The position numbers and the translations under genes were made by a program. The notes under the pieces were generated by a model, which saw only the letters and a program-made list of their open reading frames with translations, was not told the DNA's origin and did not search any database. A DNA stretch of 64,000 nucleotides from Chiloscyllium plagiosum (lineage: Eukaryota): contig NC_057751.1 of NCBI RefSeq assembly GCF_004010195.1, positions 6,250,598 through 6,314,597 on the forward strand, read 5' to 3'. Below, piece by piece: positions 1-11,894 of the stretch; position 1 is the stretch's first letter, and each line of letters starts with the position of its first letter.

Positions 1-292
1 TACTCAAGTGTGGCATTTCATTCCGGTGGAATTTAACGACTATTAAATATTTTAAAGCATGTAATTCCTTACATTTTTCTTGCTGTGCCTTTTACCTCCC
101 TCTGTCCTGGGATTGCTACATTGTTCCAGTGAAGCTGAAGGTCAGCAATTGCATCTTTTGTTCAGACTATTTTTAACCGATCAGAATCTACAAGTTCAAC
201 AATTTCAGATCATGACCTCGACTATATTTTTAAAGAACAGATCCTGGCAATGTTTCAATTGCTTGCATCCGACCATTATCTTGTTAGTATGG

Positions 293-425
293 AAACAAAA
301 ATACTGCGGATGCTGGAAATCTGAAACAAACACAGAATGCTGAACTGCGCATCTGATGCTCTGGGAATACCACAACATCCACGGAGAGACAAGCAGTTTC
401 GAATCCAGTATGACATATCTTCAGA
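293..425 (-). mobile_element. Decayed PLE pseudo-LTR (pLTR) fragment
   Basis: aaatactgcggatgctggaaatctgaaacaaacacagaatgctg matches the tail and pLTR motif of other PLE copies in the window (e.g. the reverse complement of 39960-40040). Ends approximate. Confidence 0.55.
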
Positions 426-850
426 ACTGTCATTATATTTTCACATTGGTATTTGTGGAACCTATATGTGTACCAAATGGAACTACTTTTTCTTTCTTTC
501 ATAGAAACATAGGAACAAGAGTAGGCCATTCAGCCTGTTTTGCCATTTATTGAGATCATGGCTCTCTGTCTCCGAATTCCATATGGCCGCTTTTTGGTGC
601 ATATCCCTTTCATTTTAAGTGAAAGTGTTCTGTCTCAGATTTGAAGAAAGCCTCATGCTGTTCCCACAATCCTATCTTTCATTCTTATACCATCAGCTGT
701 TTTGCTTTTCTATCACTGCCGCCTTCCAATGTGTCACAGCACTTTTCTTTATTTCCTTCAGAGTGCACACTGATATGGACCAGGCCAGACCCCCTCAAAA
801 TATTTTAATAAGGTAGCTTGGACCCTAACGTTTTCTTATTTTAAAGGCAG

Positions 851-1179
851 TTGAAACTTTATTGCTGGAACAGCACAGCAGGTCAGGCAGCATCCAGGGA
901 ACAGGAGATTCGACGTTTCGGGCACAGGCCCTTCTTCAGGAATGAGCAGAGAGTGTTCAGCAGGAGAAGATAAAAGGTAGGGAGGAGGGACTTGGAGGAG
1001 GGGCGTTGGAAATGTGATAGGTGGAAAGAGGTCAAGGTGAGGGTGATAGGTCGGAGTAGGATGGAGGCGGAGAGGTCAAGAAGAAGACTGCAGGTCAGGA
1101 AGGCGGTGCCGGGCTGGAGGGATCCGGCTGAGACAAGGTGGGGGGAGGGGGGATGAAGAAACTGGTGAAGTCCAAGTTC
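851..1179 (-). mobile_element. Young Neptune-type PLE 3' fragment inserted in the solo LTR
   Basis: 7-bp TSD aaggcag (844-850 and 1180-1186). The uninterrupted site taaaggcagatg is seen in the 58631 LTR copy (reverse complement). The pLTR is identical to the arm at about 11490-11568. Confidence 0.85.
908..943 (-). ncRNA. Minimal type I hammerhead ribozyme, intact core
   Basis: Minus strand reads AUUC CUGAAGA A GGGC-CUGU-GCCC GAAA CG UC GAAU. Helix I is AUUC/GAAU, helix II is GGGC/GCCC, helix III is the palindrome ACGU, and the cleavage triplet is GUC. Confidence 0.85.
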
Positions 1180-1929
1180 AAGGCAGATGAGGAGTGGATA
1201 TTCTTTGCTGCTGGTCAAACCACTCGGCTTTAAGCAAAACAGAAATTATTTAAGCACGACAGTTGAAACATGAGCAAAAGCAAACAGAATTTAGAATAGC
1301 TTAACTATTTGAAAACTCAACTGACTTGATACTGCAACTTAACTAAGGAGCTGTTCCAATTCCCGCACCATTCCATAAACCCTTGGCAAAAAGGTAAATT
1401 CAAACATGGCTTCTTACAGGCAGGAGAGATTTCAGAGAGAAAAGTCAGCCATGGATTATCTGCTGAAGCTTGGAACCTTTTTTCAGCTTCTGACTACCTG
1501 CTCCCAGCAGCTTCTCTCTTCAACTAAAACAAACTAGAAAAAAGCTGAACTGGGAGGACTGGCCACTCCCCAGCCGTTGTTAAAGTAAACAATTCGGCAC
1601 CTCTGCCTTTACGACGTCTCCTGGAAACAACCAAGGACAGTATAACCTTTTTAAAGTGACAGCATTGTCACAACACTACTCACTGTCACCTCCTTACTTT
1701 CTCTGACATTGTATGTACTCAATAGCTTGTTACATCTGTAAGATGTTCCCTTTCTGAAAGGAGGTCACTGATCTGAAAACTATAGTGAAATCTTACCACC
1801 TCAGTCCCTGTCAGAATGGTAGGACCATTTGGAACCTGGCCTTGCACAATAACGGTGACAGTCACTCTGTCCCTCCTGCAAACTAATTAATATCCAGCTG
1901 GTGGATGTCCTGACCAATGATGGAAGGAA

Positions 1930-2150
1930 CGTGTGACGTCCATGATTGGAATTCCAAATTAAAGTGACTGCGACATGGATCAGAGAAGCTCATCAATGCT
2001 TGGAATTTTCAAGCTGCAGCAACTACAGGAATGGAGAGGAGACCAGGGAAGTTACCCAACCACCACCACGCATCAAGCAGGCAAGGATGGAAGCGGGTGC
2101 AGAAGTTAGCAGCAATAAATTTGGGTTCCTCCACCTGGAGACATTGCACC
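1930..2150 (+). mobile_element. Possible decayed CR1 ORF1 fragment
   Basis: Translation LEFQIK...WIREAHQCLEFS...VTQP...SNKFGFL loosely resembles CR1 ORF1 (LE.QL..L..IRE.E..LD...VTP...NKF..L). Weak match by eye. Confidence 0.3.
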
Positions 2151-2264
2151 AAGGCAATCAGCAGCGCAGGACAGGTGAGTGGCATAACAATGTAAAACAG
2201 AGAAATGTACAGCCCGTCAGGGGGAAGAGAAGATCATCTTCAAGTTGAATCTTCCTTCAAGAAA

Positions 2265-3022
2265 TTATTTGGAGATGGCACCCCTCTACACACACACACG
2301 CAGACATTCCTATACACAGACAGACAGACACACGTGTACACACACACACTCCTACAGACATACACACTCCCACACTCACACACACACACACTCCTACAGA
2401 CATACACACTCCCACACTCACACATGCACCCGCTCACGACTTCAACCACTTTACACTCACACACACACATATACGCTCTCTCATAGACACTCACAACTCC
2501 CCACCTCCGACACACACACAAGCGCACACACACATGCACACATTCACATATATGTTTGTGGAGTGAATTTGTATTTGCAGAGTTAAATTGTACTTTGCTC
2601 AAAAACTGCATTAATCCATGTAAGACGCTGTTAACTCATATTTTAGATTAGAATTAGTCTAAACATTATGGCACAGACAACGGCACACAGGGGACTAACA
2701 CCTTCAACACATTGTCTGGGCTGACACCAATTGTTACAGTTAACCTGAGAATGTAACTTTTAAAAAAAAGTTTTGTGATTTACATATGAAAGAAGTGAAA
2801 CTAACATGGTCATTCTAACAGATGAGAGACTTGACAAACAATCAAGGTTTTTTTCAATGTATAATTTCAGTTACATCACACTGTAAACTTTAGCTATAAA
2901 TTCTGTGTCTTACAATTGTGTACTTCACAACCACCACGAAGGAGCAGTGTTCCGAAAGCTAGTGCTTTCAATTAAGCCTGTTGGTCTATAACCTGGTGTT
3001 GTGTGATTTTTAACTTTGTACA
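2265..3022 (+). mobile_element. PLE 3' fragment with CA-rich region and pLTR, same family as 35928-36230
   Basis: Exact 12-bp TSD tccttcaagaaa (2253-2264 and 3023-3034). 2888-3022 matches 36101-36232. The hammerhead core is degraded (ccacgaaggagcagtgttccgaaagctagtg). Confidence 0.8.
2287..2550. repeat. Complex (CA)-rich microsatellite inside the PLE
   Basis: Interrupted CA runs with a repeated subunit cacacactcctacagacatacacactcccacactca. Confidence 0.9.
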
Positions 3023-3121
3023 TCCTTCAAGAAAAGTAGCAATGAGTTAAACAGCAATGTAAAAGCAAAATACTGTGAATTGGAGAAGTGTGAACTAGAG
3101 ACAGAAATGTTGGATTTTCTA

Positions 3122-3424
3122 AAGAACGAAAGGGCATAGATTTAGGGTGAGAGCGGAAAAATTTAAAAGGGACCTAAGGGGCAACATTTTCACACAGAAG
3201 GTGGTGTGTCTATGGAATGAGCTGCCAGAGGAAGTGGTGGAGGCTGGTACAATTACAGCATTTAAAAGGCATCTGGATGGGTATATGAATAGGAAGCGTT
3301 TGGAGGGATATAGGCCGGGTGTTGGCAAATGGGACTCGATTTGGTTCGGATATCTGGTCGGCATGGACCAGTTGGACCAAACGGTCTGTTTCTGTGCTGA
3401 GCATCTCTATGATTCTATGACTCT
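3122..3424 (+). mobile_element. CR1 LINE 3' fragment
   Basis: ORF2 C-terminus RGNIFTQKVVCLWNELPEEVVEAGTITAFKRHLD, CR1 3' UTR and (ctatgatt/ctatgact)n tail. Confidence 0.9.
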
Positions 3425-4099
3425 TTTGCAGAGAAAATAAGAGACAGCACTTGAGGCAAATGGTCTTTATTCAAAAATATTTTTGCTTATGGTTGTGTCA
3501 GGGTGCTTACATTGTGATGTGATAAAGATATCGATCAGAGCAATTGCACCCATCCAGACGTATTGGCAGGATGGAGGGACAGTGTGGAGGTGCACTTTAA
3601 ATCTAAAAACGTTTTGCACACAACAAGTGTAGTTCTTTTGTCAGCTGGAGGTACACAAGCTGCAGGCGATCGTGGCCCAGGAAATAATTGGCTCATCATG
3701 GCCAGTGGCACATAGGATCTACCAATTCTATGCTCACCTGATTGAAAACTGTGGCAGATCTCAGTGGAAGAGAATCAGGAGCGTGACTCCTTGCATTTAA
3801 CTTGCCTTTGAGGTCCTCTGTGATTCAGGACTGAATGTGAAATCCACCTACAAGTGCTTCTGAAACAGGCAACTTGGCTCTTGGCAATAAATTAGTCAGA
3901 GGGAGCCCATTGTCTGCTTCTGTTTCTCTTGCTGTCACGATTGTTAATAGAAAATATTAATTTATTGTTTCCTGTATTTGTGAAAACACAGTAAAGTGTG
4001 TGTGAGTTGCCGCAAGCTGGTGCCATTTTAATTATATGAATCATAAAAAGAAATAAATCATACCAAGTTGGGACAGATTTAATTTTTTGTTCCATATAC

Positions 4100-4560
4100 G
4101 GGGGCTTCTTGACTTCCTCAGTGGCTACGGGACATCACCATACTCCGCAGCTGCCAAACCATTCCCTGAGGATGCAACACTAAGGAGGAAGCTGAAGTGG
4201 CCACTGCTGACTGGACCCAGAACGTCACTTCTGCTAAAGCCTTGTCATTGCCGTCAACGCTCCAGCTGCTGCCATAGCCAGGAAACCATCGCAACTTGTG
4301 AGGGCCAGGGTCCACCTGAAAATCCGAGAACCAATTCACTGTCCAAATTAACTCCCAAAGACTGAGGGATCATTCACTTGAGAGAACATTCACTCGACCA
4401 CTTTTGCAGATGCAGCCAAACACCAGAGGGAAAAAGAATACACCCCAATCATCAATGATGGAGTAATTGCTTCAGCCACAACCACTATGGCCGCAAGGAA
4501 TGGACTGGATCTGCTGTTCAACAGCTCCCCGCAAACTCTCTCCACCATTGCTGCCACAGA
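4100..4560 (-). pseudogene. Possible decayed PIF/Harbinger Myb/SANT-like ORF
   Basis: Minus-strand fragments AAMVERV...LWCLAAS and QVND resemble the Harbinger Myb/SANT pattern L...V.......W..VA....QCRKKVNDL. Heavily degenerate. Confidence 0.3.
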
Positions 4561-5025
4561 AAGAAGAAGAAATGAAATTGATTCAAAGTGAAATGAGGAA
4601 AACAAATAAAGAATGAAAGAAGGATGTGCTAACCACCTACTCTGTCGCCTCTGCCATCTTGATTTATTTTGACATTGTATGATTTATTTTTTATTCTTTC
4701 AGGGGAGGTTCAGGGAAGAAGATTTTGTTGCCTCCTGAACTGTTCTTTTTATTATATTCTAATGGTTGGAACTTCAGAAAATATCATGAAGTTTCAGGCT
4801 TTTGATGACTGAAGTCTTGCACTTTTAAATAACATCATGAAGCAGCCCTGAGCGTTGCAGAGAAGTTTCTGGTGCTCTTAATTCCTGCCTCCATGTCACC
4901 GCTCCCTAATTAGAGGAATGTGTGATTTTGAAAATTCAGTGTATTGTTGCACAGTGTAATTTTAATTCATATTTCTCTGTCCATGAGGTTTATCATGCTC
5001 TCCTCCACTTTCTCACTGTCAATTT

Positions 5026-5635
5026 TGTGACAATGCTTCTCCTTTCACAAGGTTATTCTGTCCTTGGTTTTTTCCTTGAGAGAGGTTGTAAAGACAGAGG
5101 TGCACAAATGTCTGAACTGACCATTTTAATAATGGCTAACAGATGATGCTTAAATTAACAATCAGGAACAGTTTTCTTTTTTTCAAATACTTATACAATG
5201 AAAGGAGAGTGGCCAGTTCTGCCAGTTCATGGATTTTTTTTTCTAGTTTTGGGCTAGTTTTAGCTGGGGAACCAAAGAAACAGATCCATGATGATCTTCT
5301 CTCTCCTTTCTCTCTCTCTGCAATCTCTGTCCTGTAAGAACCTGTGTTTGAATTTACCTTTTTGCTGAGGACTGTGTCATGGGATGTTGTGGGAAATTGG
5401 AACAGCTTTTTGTTAAGTTGCATTTTCGTGTTGGTTAGATTTTCAAATAGGTATGTAACTATAAATTTGCTTCTTTTTTGTTCATAAGTAAAATAAATTC
5501 TCTTTTGTTTAAAACCGAGTAGTTTGACTAGCTGCATCACTCCTGGACTATACACCTGCTTAAAACAACTCAAAAAATTAGGTTCTAGGCTACCTTCTTA
5601 AAACGTTTTGATGGGAAGGGGCATGGTCCATAACA
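5026..5635 (+). mobile_element. Solo LTR, family A
   Basis: tgtgacaatg...ggtccataaca, with AATAAA near 5492. Reverse-complement homolog of 771-1672. No clear TSD. Confidence 0.8.
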
Positions 5636-5664
5636 GATAGCAGATACATAAGCTGCTGTCCAAC

Positions 5665-6008
5665 ATCTCTTACAGGAGAGAGAGAAGTGACAGAAAGATT
5701 CAGCATGGAACACCTTCTTCCATGCAGCTGTTTCTTGGACTGGCAGCCTCACCGACTGACTGCCTGCTTTCACTGAACAGCCAGACTGCTAAAAACCAAA
5801 CCAAACCAGCAAAAACTGAGCTGGGAGAACTGTCAACTCCCCTTTCATTGTACAAGTGTTTTTTTTTAAACTTGAAAGCCTTTTGCCTGAGGCAGTATCT
5901 GTTAGTCATAATCAAACTGGCTCTTAAACCCTTCGAATCTAGACCTTTCGGAATTGCTGCTTTTACGACCTCTCTGAAAAAAGAGCCAAGGACAGCATAA
6001 CCTTTTTA
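5665..6008 (-). mobile_element. Partial LTR, family A
   Basis: tcttacaggagagagag...aactgagctgggagaactg...ccaaggacagcataacc matches 1412-1650. Confidence 0.7.
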
Positions 6009-6029
6009 ATATCATCATGTGCTGAACCA

Positions 6030-6710
6030 AGAGACTTTGAGTGCAGGCCATAGTCCCTTAAACGTGGAGTTACAGGTTGACAGTGTGGTGAAGAAGGTGT
6101 TGCTTTTATCATCAGTGCATTGAGCATAGGAGTTGGGATGTCATGTTGCAGCTGTGCAGGACTTTGGCTAGGCCACTGAGGAATACTGCATTCAATTCTG
6201 GTCTCCATGCTACATGAAAGATGCTGTTAAACTTGAAAGGGTGCACGAAAAGATTTACCAAGATGTTGCTGGCATTGGAGGATTTGAGCTGTAGGGAGAG
6301 GCTGAATAGACTGGGGCAATTTTCCTTGGTGCATCAAAGGCTGAGGGGTGACCTTTTCGAGGTTTATAAAATCAGGATGAATAGCCAAGCTCTTTTTCCC
6401 AAAATAGGGGAGTCCAAAACTAGAGGACATAGATTTACTGTGAGAGAGGAAAGATTTAAAAGGGAACTAAGGGGCAACTTTTTCATGCAGAGGTTGGTGC
6501 ATGTATGTAATGAGTTGCCAGAGAAAAAGGTGGAGGCTGGTACAATTACAACACTTAAAAGGCATTTGGACAGAGACATGAATAGGAAAAATATAAAGGG
6601 ATTTGTGGCAAATGCTTGTAAATGGGCCTAGATTACTTTAGGATATCTGTCATCATGGACGAGTTGAAATGAAGGATCTGTTTCCAGGCTGTACAACTCT
6701 GACTCTCTGA
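6030..6710 (+). mobile_element. CR1 LINE 3' fragment
   Basis: RFTKMLLALEDLSCRERLNRLG...LRGDLFEVYKI...TRGHRF...RGNFFMQRLV, followed by the 3' UTR. Confidence 0.9.
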
Positions 6711-7082
6711 TACATTTTGCAGCCTCAGGTTAATGGACTGCTTCATGATTTGCTTCATCTCATCACTTTTAACCTGAGTTACATTGTGCAGTAGTGTCCT
6801 TTGCTTTGGTTTCTCAACTTACACAACTTGGTTTAATTTAAAATTCTTTTGCATTGACATCTTTTAAAGCTCCCCTTTGGAAATTATTATTCCTGGTGTG
6901 GGGGTCAAATGTAACAATTATGTTAATTTTAAAATTCACCATAACATCACAGGACAACAGTGGAATAACTTGCCACATCTTTCTGCAACTTGGGAGTAGT
7001 TTTTTGCCTCATATTTCCAGGACCCATGTTGGTTGCCTTTTGTGGCTCTTTGTGCTGCCATTAATCTAGTCATCGGACATTC

Positions 7083-7410
7083 AGGGAGATGATGGTAGTC
7101 CAGAGCACCATACTAATGCTCTGAAGGCATGAGTTGAACTCCCACAGTGGCAGCTGGTGGAATTTAAATTTATTTCATAAAATCTGGAATTGAAAGCTAG
7201 TGAAAGACCACAAAACAATAAGTGACCATCGTACAAATCCATTTGGGTCACAAATGTCCTTGAGGGAAGGCAATCTGCCATCCTGACCTGGTCTGATCCT
7301 TATGTGACTTCCAATTCACTGCACAATTATTTGTCTCTGTATTGGATTGACAGGTAACTCAAGTCATGGCAATTAGGAATTCTGACCGTGCCAATGATGC
7401 TCACATTCAC
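7083..7410 (+). mobile_element. Decayed SINE-like repeat with a LINE-like tail
   Basis: Homologous in reverse complement to 27430-27730, 55380-56130 and 58120-58480 (core ggaaggcaatctgccatcctgacctggtctg). Confidence 0.6.
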
Positions 7411-8504
7411 CTTTCTAAGAAAAAGCCTGTTGTGCCCTTAGTCCAATATAGCACCATTCTGTATTTGGCCTGATTTACTTTTCAGGAAATCCTCGCACTG
7501 ACCTTTACAAATAGAGTAAGGAAAGCAAACAGTGACCATGAAACCTGAAGCTCAGGTGTTGCTGCTGACTGCCTGTTGACCCTTCTTTAGCCAGTTGGTT
7601 CCTAAGCTTCTCGTGGCTGAAGCTGCAGAAATTATGAATAGACAGGTATTGATTAAACTTCTTCGGTGTACTATTCAAGTAAAAGATCGAATATCCTGTC
7701 TCTATTCTTATTCTATGTTGAATTACATTTGTCTCTATTGAAAATTCTGGTCTCAAAAATTGGGAGAAGGACTTTTACAAAATAGCTGTTTAGGCACTTA
7801 AATAGTTTATTTATTTGTTAACAGACAAAAGGCACAACTTAAAGATAGCCACTCAACAATTGAGTAAATTCTGAATTACTAACAAGCAAACATGGACTTG
7901 AAATCTCAAATGTGAGAAGTACGACACCAATTGTTTCATTTCAGAAAGAGCAGGGGATGACTTTTCTGCACATACAGGAGGCAGTTTGCTTGGGAACATA
8001 GCACAGGGGCACAGTGGTTTCTCAACAGTTTTGTAATTATTTCACAAGCTTACTGAAAATAATTCTTAGCTTGCATTGCAGAAGAAGTCAATTTCAGACA
8101 ATTGCTTCACAGATGAGAAACTTCAGCTGCAACGACAGATTGGTGAAACTGGGTCTTGTCGGAGAAGAGAGGTTAAGAGAAAATTTGATAGAGTTATTCA
8201 AAATTGCTCTGAGTATCAGTCAGTCAAGTAAATTGGTTATTCTGACCTTCTGTTTGTGTTTTCAGACTTTTCCACATTTTGTGACAACTTGTGGATCAAC
8301 AGTTTTCTTATTTAAGTAACGACACCATTTTTTCATTTTTGATTTTGTTCACCAATTTAAATTTGAAGACAACATCCTAAAATTAGTGAAATTAACATAG
8401 TTGTGACCAACCAAGAGAGAGTTTAATAGGAGGAAAGCCAATCACACCTATTCACTTGATCATTTCATACTTCAGTGTTTACCAAAGGTCCGCGACATTG
8501 GCAA

Positions 8505-8750
8505 AGATACTGTCTTTCAGAGAAAATGCTGACTGAGATCCTGTTGCTCTTGGAGGTGAACACACAGTATCTTATGTCACCATTCTGAACAACAGCAGCG
8601 GAATTCAGCCCAATATCCTGGCCCAGTGTTTATTCCTCAATCCATATCGCTGAAAAAATTATTTTTTCATCACATTGTTGCTTATGGGAGCTCACAATGG
8701 CTATCATATTTCCAAACACTTCAATTGTCTGGAAATTTTTTTGGACATCT
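8505..8750 (+). mobile_element. Decayed Deu-SINE
   Basis: tgtctttcag...tcctggcccagtgtttattcctcaa...acattgttgcttatgggagct matches the better copy at 33170-33510. Confidence 0.5.
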
Positions 8751-10146
8751 AAATTTGACAACACAGAGAGATGGTTAGGAGATGAAGTGAAAATGGTATT
8801 TTGCTTGGATCTTTCAAAATTTCTTTAATAGATTTGAACTTGATATCCAAGCCTAAACCAAGGCTGCAAATTCTGATATACATATTCTGATCGTTATGAT
8901 GCTATTTTGAGGAGCTTGCTGGCAAGTGCTTCTCATGCAGTACAGCAGTACTTAACTGAATATAAAACAATTCCAGATGTCTTGTCTTCTGAAAGATGCA
9001 ATGTAAATGCACTTTGCTTGTTTTATTTTCTTTCGCGTTAGCAACCTGCATAATGTGCTTCAATCTTGGAAAGTGTGTTAAAACCCAAAACCTTCTGACT
9101 CAATGCTTAACCTCAGTGAGGCATAATTGTGACTTTTTTTTTGCCAGGCAGAGATTTTCAGTGTAGCGTAAATAATAGTTAATTAGTACCACAGACCATT
9201 ATCGATGCTTGCTGGCACAACACTTTTTTACTCAAGGCTTGCATTTACACTTGCATTGGTGAAGATTTGAATGTTCGTTCATGAGCATTTTAGTTGCAAG
9301 GAAGTAGCTAAAATCGTATTTCTGCTTTGATAACTCCTCAAGGCTGGTGCGCAGGAGATGATGGTAGCACAGGTACTAAAGGGGGACCATGTCACTGGGA
9401 AGAAAAGCTAAGGAGAAAGATTGCAATGAACAGTTGGTTAAGATTTCTGTGCAAAGATAACGATAAAATGCACATCAGGATGCTTGAACAACAGTGAAAA
9501 TGTCAGTTTTACACAGGCCATTAGTCACACCAAATTCATTTCTTTTGTACTTTTGTAATTCCTTAAGTCAGATGACAGAAATTTCGATGGAAACAGAAAC
9601 TAATCAATGCCACCTCCAATGTATCAACTGGTGCTCAATCTTTTATGGGGAAAGTGCTTTGAATGAGTTGGAAAATGTTGACCTGAACTCTTACCTTGAT
9701 ATATTTCTATAAATAGGTTACAAATATATTCAGGAAAACTGAAGATCGATATTGAACTCATATTTAGAACATGCAACTCTTTTAGAAAATGAGCCAGACA
9801 AGATGAAGATAATGCATGGGACAATACACAAATTATACCAAATTAGTCCAATATAAGGGCATAACGTGCATTTAACTGATGTCTCCCATCTATTTCCATG
9901 TCTAATTTATCAATTGGTAGAAGCCTGACACACAGTCTGGATATTTTTATTTTAAGGCCAACTTCTGTACACAGTCCAGTATTCAGTGTTGTCCAAGTCT
10001 CATTGCACATTTGGCCATTTTGGATGAGGTATTAACACTGTCCACCCTGATATTTATGGGATATTGGCGTGGACAGCTCTGGCAAGCTGGTTTGGCTTTA
10101 ATAACATCATCTGCACTTCAAAAGTAAGATGCTGCATCGTTATCTA

Positions 10147-10364
10147 CAGTCGGTTCTGGTATAACACAATAGTTCCGTTCTTATGTGAGCTCATGTTACA
10201 AACAAAGTCGCGCAATAGCCGCGTCCTTGAAGCTAATGGAGGCGGAATCGCATTACAACCAGTGCAGGTAAGGAAAGTTCGTGTTCGACAAGTAACGGTA
10301 TAAATTCTTCAATCACGTTAAAGTCAATTTGCGTTGAAGAAACACGTTATAGCAGAGCTGACTG
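10147..10364. mobile_element. Tigger/pogo-like MITE (Tc1/mariner superfamily)
   Basis: TA TSD (10145-46 and 10365-66). TIRs cagtcggttctggtataac and gttatagcagagctgactg match at 16/19, with CAGT...ACTG termini. Confidence 0.8.
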
Positions 10365-11260
10365 TATTTACAATTTATGGCAATGTCTTGGAAGAAGGAA
10401 CCAAATGTACAGTTGCGAACTTTACTGGTGACACCAAGATAGGTAGGAAAGAAACTTGCAAGAGGAGGAAGAGTGTCTGTAAAGGGATTTTAGATCGATT
10501 CGGTGAGCAGTTAGGATATATACTGGGAAAATGTGAACTTCTACACTTCGGCAGGAAAAATAAAACATGCATTATACTATCTAAATGGCGAGAGATTGTG
10601 GAACTCAGAAGTACTGAGGAATCTGGGTGTTCTGGTGTCTGAATCACGGACCTGGTACTGGTTCAGCAAGTGCTTATGAAGGTAAATGGAATGTTGGGGT
10701 TTATTGCAAGTGGAGTGAAATAGACAAGTGGGAATGTCTTGCTGCTTTCAAACAGGACCTCGGTGAACCCACAAGTGAAGTCTTGTGGACAGCCTCAGTA
10801 TCCTTGTTTGAAAAAATATATGATTTTATTTGAAACAACTAAAAGAAGGCTCACTCAATCCTGTGTCATGGGTTTGTCTAATGAAGAAAAAATTAATTGG
10901 CTGGGTCTTTGCTTCATCCAAGTTTGAAGAATAAGAGGTTATGTTGTTGAAACACGAGATTCTGTGGTAACTCAATTGCAAGAGAATGTATCCTCTTGTG
11001 GCAAAGCTTAGAACTAAGATCAAAGTTTAAGATTAAGAGGTGTGCCCATTAATACTGAGATGAAAAGAATTTTTTTTCTCTCATTTTTCTCTGAGAGTGT
11101 CATTAGTATGTAGAATTCCCTTCCCCAAAAAGCATTGGAGCTGGATCACTGAACTAATCCAAGACGAAGTTAGAGCTTTGATCTTAAAGGGAATCAATTA
11201 TTTGAAGGGGCAGACAGCAAAGTAGAGTTGAGAGTCCAGCCAGATCTTATTAAATGGTTA
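10365..11260 (+). mobile_element. Old CR1 LINE, RT to 3' end
   Basis: FTIYGNVLEEGTKCTVANFTGDTKIG (decayed FADDTK) and KCELLHFGRKN, followed by decayed ORF2 C-terminus. Confidence 0.75.
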
Positions 11261-11456
11261 TTATGATAGGTTCTGTATTAGAATTTCGTATAATTTATTT
11301 TTAAAAATTGAATTGCCTTGATTAATTGATGTTAAGAAAAATAGAGCCAAAATGCAGATCAGATAAGACAGTAAACAGAAACAGGAAGCTGCATTTTCTC
11401 ATTCTTTTTGTAAAAATGTAATATTTGTGATGATTCATGAAGGATGCTCTACCATG

Positions 11457-11664
11457 GAGAAAGTGAGGTCTGCAGATGCTGGAGATCAAAGTTGAAACTT
11501 TATTGCTGGAACAGCACAGCAGGTCAGGCAGCATCCAGGGAACAGGAGATTCGACGTTTCGGGCACAGTTTCCTGAAGAAGGGCCTGTGCCCGAAACGTC
11601 GAATCTCCTGTTCCCTGGATGCTGCCTGACCTGCTGTGCTGTTCCAGCAATAAAGTTTCAACTT
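11457..11664. mobile_element. Fold-back mini-PLE (Neptune-type pLTR) with 15-bp TSD
   Basis: TSD ggatgctctaccatg (11442-11456 and 11665-11679). 32-nt tail at 11457-11488. Perfect 80-bp inverted arms at 11489-11568 and 11585-11664 with a 16-nt spacer. Confidence 0.92.
11570..11603 (+). ncRNA. Minimal hammerhead ribozyme, intact core
   Basis: UUC CUGAAGA A GGGC-CUGU-GCCC GAAA CG UC GAA. Predicted cleavage after 11600. Confidence 0.85.
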
Positions 11665-11894
11665 GGATGCTCTACCATGACTTACGTCAACTTTTCTTTC
11701 ATAATTGTCCACACTTCAACTAATTTGTGACGCACTTGGTGTTTTGGTGCCAGGTTCATGCAATTGTATGGTGGGAGTTGAAGTGCTCACCATTGTTGGG
11801 CCTCATCTGCTGACACCATACTTAAAATCCAGTTTTGCAGAACTTCTGATGCTGCAAGCCAGGAACTAGCCCTTACTCTATGGACCTGCATGGT

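Larger units (their letters stand above)
771..1672 (-). mobile_element. Solo LTR, family A, interrupted by a PLE at 851-1179
   Basis: TG...CA termini (tgatatggac...cattgtcaca) with an exact 4-bp TSD ACAC (767-770 and 1673-1676). Homologous to copies at 5026, 16427, 24219, 45712 and 58631. Strand inferred from an AATAAA near the ...ataaca end of the 5026 copy. Confidence 0.85.

Noticed and set aside
2205..2611. His/Thr-rich and Cys/Val-rich ORFs
   Set aside because: They are translations of a CA microsatellite inside a PLE.
11457..11664. DNA-transposon MITE or pre-miRNA reading of the hairpins
   Set aside because: The arms are PLE pLTR sequence that also occurs un-inverted next to GIY-YIG coding DNA. 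The ends are asymmetric and TSD lengths vary (9-15 bp), unlike transposase products.
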